Assembly: GCA_902564295.1 (NCBI GenBank)
Contig: CACFAO010000004.1
Span: forward strand, 7,907 to 71,906
Direction of reading: 5' to 3'
From: an uncultured Pelagibacteraceae bacterium
GTDB lineage: Bacteria; Pseudomonadota; Alphaproteobacteria; Pelagibacterales; AG-422-B15
Length of the DNA: 64,000 nucleotides
A program made the position numbers and the translations under genes. The notes under the pieces were generated by a model that was not told the DNA's origin, ran no database searches, and saw only the letters and a list, made by a program, of their open reading frames with translations. Shown here in pieces: positions 44,401 to 53,724 of this stretch. Each line of letters starts with the position of its first letter. Position 1 is the stretch's first letter.

Positions 44401-44411
44401 AGCATAAGTCT

Positions 44412-46070
44412 ATGCTTATAAGAACAATTATATTTTTACTAATATTTAACATCTCAAGCATTAATCTTCATGCAGCACAATTTATTCCACCTCAAGTGGG
44501 TGACTACTTGGTTGCAAAAATTTCAAGCGACTCAAATGACTACAGCACAACCAAGAGATATTATCAAAGGCTGCACAGATCGAATCCAAACGATTTACTT
44601 GCTTTAGATAGACTGTTGTTGCTTAGTATCTTGGATGGAGATTTGCTTAGTGCAAACAACTACTCTTTTAAACTTGCAAAAGCAGGTTGCGATAAAAATG
44701 TGAATTCATGTTGTATGAATAATCAATCACCACAAGGTCATCTTGTTAATGGGATTTCTTACCTGAACTCTTATAAGCCAGGTTTTGCTGATCAGAGTTT
44801 TGCTAGTATTTGGAGAGGGAATTTATCTGATAGCACGTTTGTAAGACTTCTCAGAGCTTGGGTATGGGCCGACAGTGATACGGTAGATAAAAGTATGGCG
44901 CTAATCGATTTAATTTCCACAGGCGAACATCAACACCTAACACTTGTGCATAAAGCTCTAATTTATGACTATGCTAATGAGATTGAATTAGCGGAGGTTT
45001 TTTATGACCAATCTTTATCAATACAAAGAGATTTATACGTTTTACGTCTATATTATAATTTTCTAAATCGAAATAATTTGACTGAGAAGAAAAATGCTTT
45101 TGCAGATGAGTTTTTGTCTTCATATGATGAAGAATTTCAAAATAAATTTTTAACTTCAAATAAAAATAGGATGATTCAAAACCCTCTTCAAGGAATAGGA
45201 GTGGTTTTATTTAATTCACAACTATTGATTGAGGATTTAAATGAAGAACTCGCACACATGTTATATCAACTAGCAATTGATACTTCTCCTAATTTACATG
45301 AGATCAAGTATATATTTGCTTCTTTTCTTAATCAGTTGGAAAATCATGATAAGGCAAGAGAGGTGCTAAGTTATATACCAAAGAAGCATTATCTAGGTAA
45401 TTTTGCTGCAATTCAAATTTCAGATGCATATAGCTACGAGGGCAACAATGATAAAGCAATTCAAAATTTAAATACGTTTGTCGAAGTTGATGATAGCTTT
45501 GAAGCTTACCTTTCACTTGGAAATTATCACCGTTATGAAAAGAATTGGTCTGATGCAATCGATAATTACGATCATGCATTAAAGCTTGGTAAAAAATTTG
45601 ATAAAGAAAATATTTGGGAAGTTTACTTTAATATTGGAATTGTTCATGAGCGTTCAAAAAACTGGAAATTAGCTGAAAAGAATTTAAAAAGATCATTGAA
45701 ACTATCTGAAGATCAAGCAGATGTTCTGAATTATTTAGGTTATTCGTATATCGATATGGATCAAAATATCTCTGAAGCCAAAGTCATGATAGAACAAGCA
45801 ATGGAATTGAAACCAAACGATCCATACATAGTTGATAGCCTTGCCTGGTATTATTTTAAAGTTGGTAAGTATAATGAAGCCCTGTCTTTGTTAGAGTTTT
45901 CTTTGGATATGATGCCATACGATCCAACTGTAAATGATCATTATGGCGATGTACTCTGGAAGCTGGGAAATGAACTTGAGGCACGTTTTTATTGGCAGAA
46001 AGCCATAGATTTGGATCAGGAAAATATATTTAAGGACAAAGTTAGAATCAAACTACTTAAAGGAATCTAA
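44412..46070 (+). CDS. Secreted or periplasmic TPR-repeat protein
   Basis: Start taken at the ATG at 44412, which gives a signal-peptide-like MLIRTIIFLLIFNISSINLHA. The C-terminal half has TPR-like repeats (W..A...Y..AL.L.P). It sits upstream of ispE, as in many Alphaproteobacteria. Confidence 0.7.
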   Translation: MLIRTIIFLLIFNISSINLHAAQFIPPQVGDYLVAKISSDSNDYSTTKRYYQRLHRSNPNDLLALDRLLLLSILDGDLLSANNYSFKLAKAGCDKNVNSCCMNNQSPQGHLVNGISYLNSYKPGFADQSFASIWRGNLSDSTFVRLLRAWVWADSDTVDKSMALIDLISTGEHQHLTLVHKALIYDYANEIELAEVFYDQSLSIQRDLYVLRLYYNFLNRNNLTEKKNAFADEFLSSYDEEFQNKFLTSNKNRMIQNPLQGIGVVLFNSQLLIEDLNEELAHMLYQLAIDTSPNLHEIKYIFASFLNQLENHDKAREVLSYIPKKHYLGNFAAIQISDAYSYEGNNDKAIQNLNTFVEVDDSFEAYLSLGNYHRYEKNWSDAIDNYDHALKLGKKFDKENIWEVYFNIGIVHERSKNWKLAEKNLKRSLKLSEDQADVLNYLGYSYIDMDQNISEAKVMIEQAMELKPNDPYIVDSLAWYYFKVGKYNEALSLLEFSLDMMPYDPTVNDHYGDVLWKLGNELEARFYWQKAIDLDQENIFKDKVRIKLLKGI

Positions 46071-46075
46071 GTACG

Positions 46076-46909
46076 TTGTTGAATATAATTAAATCCTACG
46101 CAAAAATAAATCTTTTCTTATATGTAGTAAACAAACTTGATACTGGTTTTCACGAATTAAACTCAGTGTTATCAAGGATTGATCTTTATGATGAGATTAG
46201 AATAAAAGATGATAGTTCATTTAGTATTTCATATAATGGCCCTTACGGAGACCAAGTAGGATCCGATGATAATGTTACTAAATTATTTAATTATTTAATT
46301 GATAAAAACTATTTAAAGCAGAAATCATTTGCTATTCATGTTGTAAAAAATATACCAGTGGGATCGGGTTTAGGTGGCGGTTCGTCAAATGTCGCAGAAA
46401 TAATTAAATATTTAATAAGATCTGATTTGTTAGATAATTTAATTTCAACTGAAATTGCAAGAGATCTTGGATCAGACATTGAATTTTTTATTGGTGAGGG
46501 ATCTGCATTGATTTCTGGAAAAGGAAATGTTGACCGAAGGTTAAAAATCAATTCAGATAAGCATTTTCTGATTGTGTTTCCAAATATTCAAAATAGCACT
46601 AAGGAAATTTTTAATAAACATTCTAATTTAAGCGGGGAAAAATTCTCGTACAATAATGATATTAACTTAGATGGAATTTTAAAAGGTACGTCAAATGAAT
46701 TGGAAAAAACGGCACTTGTTGCTAATCAAGAAATGACAAAAGTAAGAGAATATTTAGATAATGATATAAATTGTAAATATGAAAGAATGACCGGAAGTGG
46801 CTCTGCATATTTTGCTGTTTATGAAGATAAACAAAAGGCAGAGGAAGCAATTCAGAGGATATCTGAAGAACACCCTAATTGGTGGACATATTTAACGAGG
46901 TTAATATAA
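46076..46909 (+). CDS. ispE: 4-diphosphocytidyl-2-C-methyl-D-erythritol kinase
   Basis: 277 aa with a TTG start. YAKINLFL start and the GHMP-kinase motif PVGSGLGGGSSNVAE. Confidence 0.9.
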   Translation: MLNIIKSYAKINLFLYVVNKLDTGFHELNSVLSRIDLYDEIRIKDDSSFSISYNGPYGDQVGSDDNVTKLFNYLIDKNYLKQKSFAIHVVKNIPVGSGLGGGSSNVAEIIKYLIRSDLLDNLISTEIARDLGSDIEFFIGEGSALISGKGNVDRRLKINSDKHFLIVFPNIQNSTKEIFNKHSNLSGEKFSYNNDINLDGILKGTSNELEKTALVANQEMTKVREYLDNDINCKYERMTGSGSAYFAVYEDKQKAEEAIQRISEEHPNWWTYLTRLI

Positions 46910-46930
46910 AGATTGCAAAATCTTTTTCTT
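46908..46930 (+). terminator. Weak intrinsic-terminator-like hairpin after ispE
   Basis: AAAGATT-GCAA-AATCTTT (7-bp stem with only one G:C pair) followed by TTCTT. It overlaps the ispE stop codon. Confidence 0.35.
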
Positions 46931-46952
46931 AAATTAAATAATTATATAGTAT

Positions 46953-47027
46953 TGGGGCGTGGCCAAGCGGTAAGGCACCGCTTTTTGGTAGCGGCATTCG
47001 GAGGTTCGAATCCTCCCGCCCCAGCCA
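46953..47027 (+). tRNA. tRNA-Gln (anticodon TTG)
   Basis: 75 nt. Acceptor TGGGGCG/CGCCCCA with U1:A72. D arm GCC-AAGCGGTAA-GGC. Anticodon stem CCGCT/AGCGG with loop TTTTGGT. T arm GGAGG-TTCGAAT-CCTCC, then G-CCA. It closely resembles E. coli tRNA-Gln. Confidence 0.92.
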
Positions 47028-47042
47028 ATTAGGATTAAAAAT

Positions 47043-47594
47043 ATGAGTAATTTTTTAAGTAAGTATAAATCAGTATACGATGTCTTTTTAGATAATTGGG
47101 GCTATCAGAACCATTTTGTAGCATATTTAGAGTCTTTAATGAGACAAGAAACACTTTTACCAACACATATTAAAGAGATGATTTTTGCCTATGTCTCAGG
47201 ATTAAATGGTTGTGGGTACTGCAAGAATATTCATGCTGAAATATCAAAGAAAATTTTGAGAGACAAGAATGATCTAGATTTTATAAACGATATTGAACAA
47301 TCACAAATAGAGGATAAGTATAAGCCAATTCTAAAATTATCCCACAAAGTAAATGAAGATATTCACTCAATCACTGAAGAAGATGTAACTGCTATTTTAG
47401 ATAATGGTTTTGATGAAAAAGTTATATCTGAAATTATCTCTATTTGTTCTGCTGCACAATTTATGAATACCGTGGTTGTTGCTCACCAAATAAAGCCTCT
47501 TGATCAAGTTCAGAATGTTGCGTCAGCGAAAATGATGATTGAGAAAGGTTACGATGGCCTTGCAGAATTTATGTTAAAAAGACGCAATAAATAA
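47043..47594 (+). CDS. Carboxymuconolactone decarboxylase / AhpD-like family protein
   Basis: 183 aa. Contains YVSGLNGCGYCKNIH, the CxxC of the AhpD-core family. Confidence 0.7.
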   Translation: MSNFLSKYKSVYDVFLDNWGYQNHFVAYLESLMRQETLLPTHIKEMIFAYVSGLNGCGYCKNIHAEISKKILRDKNDLDFINDIEQSQIEDKYKPILKLSHKVNEDIHSITEEDVTAILDNGFDEKVISEIISICSAAQFMNTVVVAHQIKPLDQVQNVASAKMMIEKGYDGLAEFMLKRRNK

Positions 47595-47595
47595 T

Positions 47596-47970
47596 TTAAA
47601 GAAATTTGAATAAACTTAGCCCAAGATAAAAAGCTATAACCGTTAATATAAATGTTGCAAACAGATATAACAGTGAAGCTAAAATTTCTCCGTTGCTGAA
47701 TAATTGATAAAAATCCAAATTAAAAGTTGAAAAGGTCGTGAAACCTCCTAAAAAACCAATTGTTAAAAACATTTTTATATTTTGAGAAACATTAACTTTG
47801 TCTGCAAAATAACTGACGACAAATCCCATTAAAAATGCCCCTAGAACATTGACGACTATTGTGCCAAACGGAAATGAACTTAAAAATAATCGATTAGCCT
47901 GTTCACTGATAAGAAAACGCAATAAAGCTCCTAAGCCTCCACCTAAAAAAATGGATAACAAAATACTCAT
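47596..47970 (-). CDS. crcB: Fluoride ion channel CrcB/Fluc
   Basis: 124 aa with four TM helices. Contains GGLGALLRF, the GT..VN pattern (FGTIVVNVLGAF) and GFLGGFTTFSTF. Confidence 0.9.
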   Translation of the reverse strand: MSILLSIFLGGGLGALLRFLISEQANRLFLSSFPFGTIVVNVLGAFLMGFVVSYFADKVNVSQNIKMFLTIGFLGGFTTFSTFNLDFYQLFSNGEILASLLYLFATFILTVIAFYLGLSLFKFL

Positions 47971-48812
47971 CAGTTCATACCCACCAAATGAGCCATTAAT
48001 CCAAAGTGATCACTTGGAAAAAATTTATTTTTTTTTGTGCCGACAAGGTTGCACTCAATTGGATGACCCAGACCATTAGGTCCAGGTTTACCCAAAAATA
48101 TGTAATCAATTCGTCGATTATATTCTAAAGTTTTTTTTGCCCAATCATTGCTGTTTGACCAAGTGTAACCAGGATCGTTTCTATTTGTTAATTTCCATAC
48201 ATCTCTTAAAACGATATCGTTCACCGGCTTAGTTAAACCAGTAATCATTCTAATTTCATCACTTTCTGGATCCGCATTGAAATCGCCACACAAAATTATA
48301 GGGAATTTTGATTTTTCTAATTTACTAATGTATTCTATTATTTGATTTACTTGATCTTCTCTTACTTGCTGATGTTCATATTTATAATTAAGGTGAGTGC
48401 AAATAACGTTAATCGTTTCACTTTTATATTTTAATGAGAGGTGAAGTAAAAATCTTTTTTCATCTTTCTCTGCTTCAGTATTAAACATTACAGTATGGTG
48501 AGAATTGATTGGGAATTTAGTAATGATTGCATTTCCAAACGCAACACCATCAAATTCAAATGATTTTTCAAAGATATAGTTATACCCAAGTTGATCTGCG
48601 ATTATTTTAGCCTGACTTTCATCAGTTTCTTCCCAAACTTCTTGTAGACACAGAATATCTGGACAAGAATTATTGATTTCAGAAATGATTAGATTTTCTC
48701 GTTCCTTATAGTTTTCAAATTTCCACCATACGTTCCAGGTTAAAAGCTTAATTATCTCAGTGTTTAAATCAATTGAACTTGCATCTGGATCAGGAAATGA
48801 CTTATCACTCAT
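47970..48812 (-). CDS. Endonuclease/exonuclease/phosphatase (EEP) family protein
   Basis: 280 aa. Contains LLTWNVW, ILCLQEV, LCGDFNA and PSDHFGL, the catalytic motifs of the EEP fold. Its TGA overlaps the crcB ATG (TGATG). Confidence 0.8.
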   Translation of the reverse strand: MSDKSFPDPDASSIDLNTEIIKLLTWNVWWKFENYKERENLIISEINNSCPDILCLQEVWEETDESQAKIIADQLGYNYIFEKSFEFDGVAFGNAIITKFPINSHHTVMFNTEAEKDEKRFLLHLSLKYKSETINVICTHLNYKYEHQQVREDQVNQIIEYISKLEKSKFPIILCGDFNADPESDEIRMITGLTKPVNDIVLRDVWKLTNRNDPGYTWSNSNDWAKKTLEYNRRIDYIFLGKPGPNGLGHPIECNLVGTKKNKFFPSDHFGLMAHLVGMN

Positions 48813-48814
48813 TT

Positions 48815-49270
48815 TTAAGGAAAAGCTACCATGATTTGTTCTGCAACATACGCTGGTTTGTCTTGTCCTTCAATTTCGAGAGTAGCTTCACTGATTACCT
48901 GCGTTCCGCCGTTATCTAATTTGTTTACCTCTTTAATTTTTATTCCCATTCTCACACGGGAATTTACTGGAACCATATTAATAAACCTTACTTTGTTTAA
49001 GCCATAATTAATCATCATTTTAGCACCTGTAACCGACCAAATTTTACCAGCCAACGGTACTGATAAAGAAAGGCTCAAGAAGCCATGAGCAATTGTACTT
49101 TTAGTAGGAAGTTCTTTTTGGGCTTTTTCTTCATTAACATGAATCCACTGATGATCATCAGTTGCATCGGCGAACAAATTTATTCTATTTTGATCAATTG
49201 ACATCCAATCTGAATGCCCCATATCTTTACCTTTATAATTTTCTAAATCCTTTACATCCACACTTTGCAT
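48815..49270 (-). CDS. MaoC-like (R-specific enoyl-CoA hydratase, hotdog fold) protein
   Basis: 151 aa. FADATDDHQWIHVNEEKA...TIAHGFL is the typical hydratase 2 motif region. Confidence 0.8.
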   Translation of the reverse strand: MQSVDVKDLENYKGKDMGHSDWMSIDQNRINLFADATDDHQWIHVNEEKAQKELPTKSTIAHGFLSLSLSVPLAGKIWSVTGAKMMINYGLNKVRFINMVPVNSRVRMGIKIKEVNKLDNGGTQVISEATLEIEGQDKPAYVAEQIMVAFP

Positions 49271-49386
49271 AGTATACCTCCGAAATAATTAATTATATCT
49301 TGAGAATATTATCTAATTAAAAAGATTATTGAAGTTTTATAATGAAAAATATTGATAAATCCATTAATTATAAATTCAAGTGAAGC

Positions 49387-49968
49387 ATGAACGATAATCC
49401 AGTAAATTTAAAAGGTCTAGAAACAATTTATAGTTTCAGCAAAAAAAATAAGCAATCACTGCCGCCTGTAGAAAAATGGAACCCTCCATTTTGTGGTGAT
49501 ATTGACATGAAGATTTTAAGAAATGGAAAATGGTTTTACATGGGCTCTGAAATAAAAAGACCTGCGATGGTTAAACTTTTTTCAAGCATCTTAAGATTAG
49601 ATGAAGATGCATGCTACTACTTAGTTACACCCGTTGAGAAAGTTAGAATTCAGGTTGAAGATGCCCCGTTTGTTGTTGTGTCCCTTAATAAAGTTGAGAT
49701 AAGTAGTAAAACTGGTTATCTATTTAAAACAAATCTCAATGAAGAAATTCTTCTCTCTAAAGAAAATCCATTAACAATTAAAATTGGAGAAAATTCAGAA
49801 CCGTCACCTTATATTCTGATCAGAAAAAATCTCCATGCACTTTTGTCAAGATCAGTTTTTTATGAACTAGTGGATCTTGCAGAGGAAAAGATAATTAATA
49901 ATAAAAAATGCTTAGTTATAGAAAGTATGGGTGAAAGTTTCAAAATTCATGAAGTTGAAAAAGAATGA
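49387..49968 (+). CDS. DUF1285 family protein
   Basis: 193 aa. WNPPFCGDIDMKILRNGKWFYMGSEIKRPAMVKLFSSIL matches the conserved DUF1285 N-terminal block. It is followed by NUDIX and CCA genes as in other Alphaproteobacteria. Confidence 0.65.
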   Translation: MNDNPVNLKGLETIYSFSKKNKQSLPPVEKWNPPFCGDIDMKILRNGKWFYMGSEIKRPAMVKLFSSILRLDEDACYYLVTPVEKVRIQVEDAPFVVVSLNKVEISSKTGYLFKTNLNEEILLSKENPLTIKIGENSEPSPYILIRKNLHALLSRSVFYELVDLAEEKIINNKKCLVIESMGESFKIHEVEKE

Positions 49969-50603
49969 CGCCTTTAGATAAATTGAGGGATTTGTTTGAC
50001 GGTCCAGATAAGATATCTCATGAGTATTTTGAAAAACTTACAAATGATTTTTTAACAAGACATCATCACCCTCTGGCAAAAGCTGAAAAGGATAAAGCAA
50101 AACTAAATCCATCAGCTGTACTTGTACCCTTATGTTATTCAAATAATGAAGTAAAAATATTATTAACTAAAAGACTGGATAATTTAAAAGATCACGCGGG
50201 ACAGATAAGTTTCCCCGGGGGCAAAATTGAAAAAAAAGATAAGTCTCCAATAGAAACAGCTTTACGAGAGGCAAACGAAGAGGTTGGTTTAAGGTCTGAT
50301 GATGTAAGTGTGTTAGGAAATCTTGATGTATATATAACTGGCACAGGATTTAGGATCATGCCAATTGTATCTATAGTTTCTGATTACTCCTATCTAAAGG
50401 CAAATCAAAATGAAGTGGATGAAATATTTTTTCTCCCCTTAGAATTCTTGATGGATTCAAACAATCATAAGAAAGAAAGTGCCACATATGAGGTAAACAA
50501 TAAAAAATATGACTATGATTATTATCTATTACCTTATAAAGATTATAATATCTGGGGAGCAACTGCTGGAATGTTGATAAACCTTTATCAAATTTTAAAA
50601 TAA
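49965..50603 (+). CDS. NUDIX hydrolase, CoA pyrophosphatase type
   Basis: NUDIX box GGKIEKKDKSPIETALREANEEVGL preceded by the ISFPGG CoA-type motif. Confidence 0.8.
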   Translation: MTPLDKLRDLFDGPDKISHEYFEKLTNDFLTRHHHPLAKAEKDKAKLNPSAVLVPLCYSNNEVKILLTKRLDNLKDHAGQISFPGGKIEKKDKSPIETALREANEEVGLRSDDVSVLGNLDVYITGTGFRIMPIVSIVSDYSYLKANQNEVDEIFFLPLEFLMDSNNHKKESATYEVNNKKYDYDYYLLPYKDYNIWGATAGMLINLYQILK

Positions 50604-50620
50604 TATAAATAATCTGACTT

Positions 50621-51853
50621 ATGAGTAGATTTTCATTAATTCTAGAACAAAGCGACGTTGCACAGGTTTTTGATCTTTTTGAAGCTTATCAAAAAAATAG
50701 TATTTTTGTTGTAGGAGGCTCTATCAGAAATGCGCTTTTAAATAGGGAAATCACAGATATTGATTTTGCTACTTCTTTGGAGCCAAAAACTATTACCAAA
50801 ATACTTAATAGAGAAAATATTAAATTTATTGATGTAGGAATCGATCATGGAACGGTTACAGCAATAATTAATGAAAGAAAGTTTGAAATTACAACTTTTA
50901 GAAACGATATTTTTACTGATGGAAGACATGCTCAAGTCTCATTCTCAACTAGTTTAGAGGAAGATGCTTTGAGGAGAGATTTTACCATAAATGCAATGTA
51001 TTTAGATAAGGGTGGAAATTTATTTGACCCTACAGATGGTAAAAAAGATTTAGAAAATAAAGTCGTTCGTTTCATAGGAAATCCTGATGAAAGAATAAAA
51101 GAAGATTATCTTAGGATACTTAGGTATTTTCGTTTTTTAGCATTATTTGGCGATATACCTCCTGATGCAGAAGTGATGAAAACAATAACAGCTAATCTTG
51201 ATAAGTTATCAGTTGTTTCTAAGGAAAGGCAATGGAATGAACTAAAGTCAATTTTAAGTCTAACTGCTCCAAATAATGCAATTTCTGCAATGAGTGAAAT
51301 TGGTTTACTTGAAGATTATTTTGATGGCACTGGCATAAATGATGTGTTTGTAAATTTAATTGAAATAGAAGGTAGAATATCCCTTTCAATTGATCCAATA
51401 TTAAGATTAAGTATTCTAATTGAAAACTCATTGGATAAAGCAAATACTATCATAAAAAAATTACCACTATCAAAATCAGACTCTACTGACTTATTGAAAT
51501 TAAGCACATTAAATAAAAAAATCGTTTCTTACATGTCAATGAAAGAAGTTAGATATTTGCTTTATCTATTAGGCCGTGATGGTTTTCAAAAACAAATACT
51601 TGTTAATTGGGCTAAGGATAAAAATAATAAAAATGAAGTAAATTGGAGATCATTATATGAAGTCGCACAAAGCTGGGAGAAACCATCTTTTGCTCTAACA
51701 GCTAAAGATGTGATAAACATGGGAATTTCTGAAGGCCCAATGGTTGGAGCCATTTTAAAAGAGGTTGAAGACTGGTGGGCAGAAAATGATTTCATTGACG
51801 ATAAATTCTCATTAATTGAGAGACTTAAAGCAATCGTTCAATCAAAAAAATAA
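50621..51853 (+). CDS. cca: CCA-adding tRNA nucleotidyltransferase / poly(A) polymerase family
   Basis: 410 aa. Contains VVGGSIRNALLNREITDIDFAT, RRDFTINAMY and the EDYLRILRYFRF pattern. Confidence 0.85.
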   Translation: MSRFSLILEQSDVAQVFDLFEAYQKNSIFVVGGSIRNALLNREITDIDFATSLEPKTITKILNRENIKFIDVGIDHGTVTAIINERKFEITTFRNDIFTDGRHAQVSFSTSLEEDALRRDFTINAMYLDKGGNLFDPTDGKKDLENKVVRFIGNPDERIKEDYLRILRYFRFLALFGDIPPDAEVMKTITANLDKLSVVSKERQWNELKSILSLTAPNNAISAMSEIGLLEDYFDGTGINDVFVNLIEIEGRISLSIDPILRLSILIENSLDKANTIIKKLPLSKSDSTDLLKLSTLNKKIVSYMSMKEVRYLLYLLGRDGFQKQILVNWAKDKNNKNEVNWRSLYEVAQSWEKPSFALTAKDVINMGISEGPMVGAILKEVEDWWAENDFIDDKFSLIERLKAIVQSKK

Positions 51854-51857
51854 AATT

Positions 51858-52349
51858 TCATTTATATACAATTTTCTTGATCTCGTAGTTTCTCTCCCCC
51901 TTAGGTGTTGAAACTGATACAAAATCACCTTTTTCTTTTCCAATTAAAGCTTTAGCAACAGGTGATCTGTAAGACAGCAGACCCGATTCAATATCTGCTT
52001 CATCATTGCCAACAATTTGAAACTTTGTCTTTGCATCATTATCAATATCTTCAACTTCAACAGTTGCTCCAAAGACAACGGTTTTTTGATTTTTAGGAAT
52101 ATTTGAAATATCTATGATTTCTGCATTTGCTAGTAGTAATTGAATTTCCTGAATACGACCCTCAATGTGTACTTGCTCCTCTTTTGCCGCATGGTACTCA
52201 GCGTTTTCCTTTAAATCACCGTGCTCTCTTGCCTCCGCAATGGCTTGAATTACCTTCTGCCTCTTATTATTTACCAAATCGCTTAATTCATCTTGAAGTT
52301 TTTTTGCGCCATTTGATGTAATTGGTTCAGTTTCCATTTTTACTTCCAC
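51858..52349 (-). CDS. greA: Transcription elongation factor GreA
   Basis: Contains ITSNGAKKLQDEL, HGDLKENAEYHAAKEEQ and SYRSPVAKALIGKEKGD. A start at M5 (52337) is equally possible. Confidence 0.93.
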   Translation of the reverse strand: MEVKMETEPITSNGAKKLQDELSDLVNNKRQKVIQAIAEAREHGDLKENAEYHAAKEEQVHIEGRIQEIQLLLANAEIIDISNIPKNQKTVVFGATVEVEDIDNDAKTKFQIVGNDEADIESGLLSYRSPVAKALIGKEKGDFVSVSTPKGERNYEIKKIVYK

Positions 52350-53143
52350 TTTGCGTTAGGAGGCATTGACATTAAAATTGCATCAATATTACCACCTGTA
52401 TTCAAGCCAAATTTTGTTCCTCGATCGTATAAAAGATTATATTCCACGTATCTCCCACGTTTCAATAACTGAATTTCTTTATCTTTTTTTGTGAACTTTT
52501 CGTTCATTTTTTGGCCTATAATATCTCTCACAATATCATTAAAAGTTAAGCCAACGTCCCTAACAAAATCAAAATCTTTTTTCCAATCATCCATCTTGTA
52601 GTCAAAAAATATTCCGCCAATACCTCTTATTTCTTTTCTGTGAGGTAAATAGAAATATTCATCACACCATTTTTTATACTTTTTGTAATAAGATTTATTA
52701 TGATTTCCACACATTGTTTTTAATTTCGTGTGAAATTGTTTCTTTAATTTAGCGTCCTTAAAACATGGAGTGGCATCAATACCGCCACCAAACCAATTCT
52801 TACCCGTTATTATATGCCGAGTATTGAAATGTAATGCTGGAACTTTAGGATTTGCTGGGTGAAGTACTACGGATACCCCCGAGGACCAAAATCTTTTATC
52901 CTTTTCGGTTCCTGGAATTTGTTTTGCAAATTCTTTTGGAAAGGTACCAGTTACATTTGAAAATGCTATACCACCTTTTTCGATCACATTTCCCTTAATT
53001 ATTCTGTATTCACCTTTTTTCCATGTATTAGGTTTGAATCTTGCTTTTGATCCACTTTTTTTTTCAAGTTCAAGTACAGTTTCACAGATTAAATTCTGCA
53101 ATTCTTTGAACCATGCTTTAGTTATCTTTTTCTTATTTAACAT
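52340..53143 (-). CDS. hemF: Oxygen-dependent coproporphyrinogen III oxidase
   Basis: 267 aa. Contains GGIAFSNV, WFGGGIDATP, HRKEIRGIGGIFFD and RGRYVEYNLLYDRGTKFGL. Confidence 0.93.
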   Translation of the reverse strand: MLNKKKITKAWFKELQNLICETVLELEKKSGSKARFKPNTWKKGEYRIIKGNVIEKGGIAFSNVTGTFPKEFAKQIPGTEKDKRFWSSGVSVVLHPANPKVPALHFNTRHIITGKNWFGGGIDATPCFKDAKLKKQFHTKLKTMCGNHNKSYYKKYKKWCDEYFYLPHRKEIRGIGGIFFDYKMDDWKKDFDFVRDVGLTFNDIVRDIIGQKMNEKFTKKDKEIQLLKRGRYVEYNLLYDRGTKFGLNTGGNIDAILMSMPPNAKWK

Positions 53144-53144
53144 T

Positions 53145-53588
53145 TCAAAATAGTTTTAATTGTCTGTTTGCCTCAGAAATAACTATAGCAGAAGACACAG
53201 CAACATTTAAAGATCTTGTGGAACTGTTCATTGGTATTTTTATTATTTGGTCAGATTGATTATGAACGTAATCTGGCACTCCCGCACTTTCTCTTCCAAC
53301 AATTAAATTATCCGTATCCTTAAATTCAAAATCATAGTGACTAAGTTTACCTTTTGTAGACAATAGTATTTTTCTTCCTTTTCTATTTTTTTCGTAGTGC
53401 TTCCAATCATCAAACTCTGTTAATTTAATATTTTTACCATAGTCCAATGCAACTCTACTTAGAGATTTTTCAGAAAGTGCAAAGGAAGCTGGATGAATGA
53501 TATCAATATTGACACTGAAACAAGAGCAAATCCGAACCATTGCTCCAGTATTTTGAGGTATATCAGGTTCAAAAATTGCTAAATTCAT
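53145..53588 (-). CDS. trmL: SpoU/TrmL-type tRNA 2'-O-methyltransferase
   Basis: 147 aa. Contains IFEPDIPQNTGAMVR, the GRESAGVP region and SLNVAVSSAIV (SPOUT knot). Confidence 0.85.
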   Translation of the reverse strand: MNLAIFEPDIPQNTGAMVRICSCFSVNIDIIHPASFALSEKSLSRVALDYGKNIKLTEFDDWKHYEKNRKGRKILLSTKGKLSHYDFEFKDTDNLIVGRESAGVPDYVHNQSDQIIKIPMNSSTRSLNVAVSSAIVISEANRQLKLF

Positions 53589-53724
53589 GTAATTAGTATT
53601 TTATAACGTTTTGATCCAAATATATGCGTCATCATGACACAATTTTTGACACTTTAGACACTTTTTTTCCCTTAAAAAAGGACGATTTACAAGTATATTA
53701 ACAATATAACTCAAGGATATTAGG

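Noticed and set aside
44352-44411. Upstream extension of the TPR protein overlapping the ETF-QO 3' end by 49 nt.
   Set aside because: The internal ATG at 44412 yields a typical signal peptide, and the extension (MGNTRGWRWPKICKYVKHKS) has no such character.
49271-49386. Fluoride riboswitch upstream of the maoC-EEP-crcB unit.
   Set aside because: No crcB-motif conserved elements are visible on the minus strand. The region is almost pure A/T with no pseudoknot-forming G/C segments.
53625-53702. 25-codon ORF (MRHHDTIFDTLDTFFPLKKDDLQVY) in the petA leader. A similar 18-codon ORF (MSSLMQIKQYILRSSSKI) lies at 23452-23508 in the coxB leader.
   Set aside because: Neither has a Shine-Dalgarno-like sequence, hydrophobic or other recognisable character, or coupling to neighbours. 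Such short ORFs are expected by chance.
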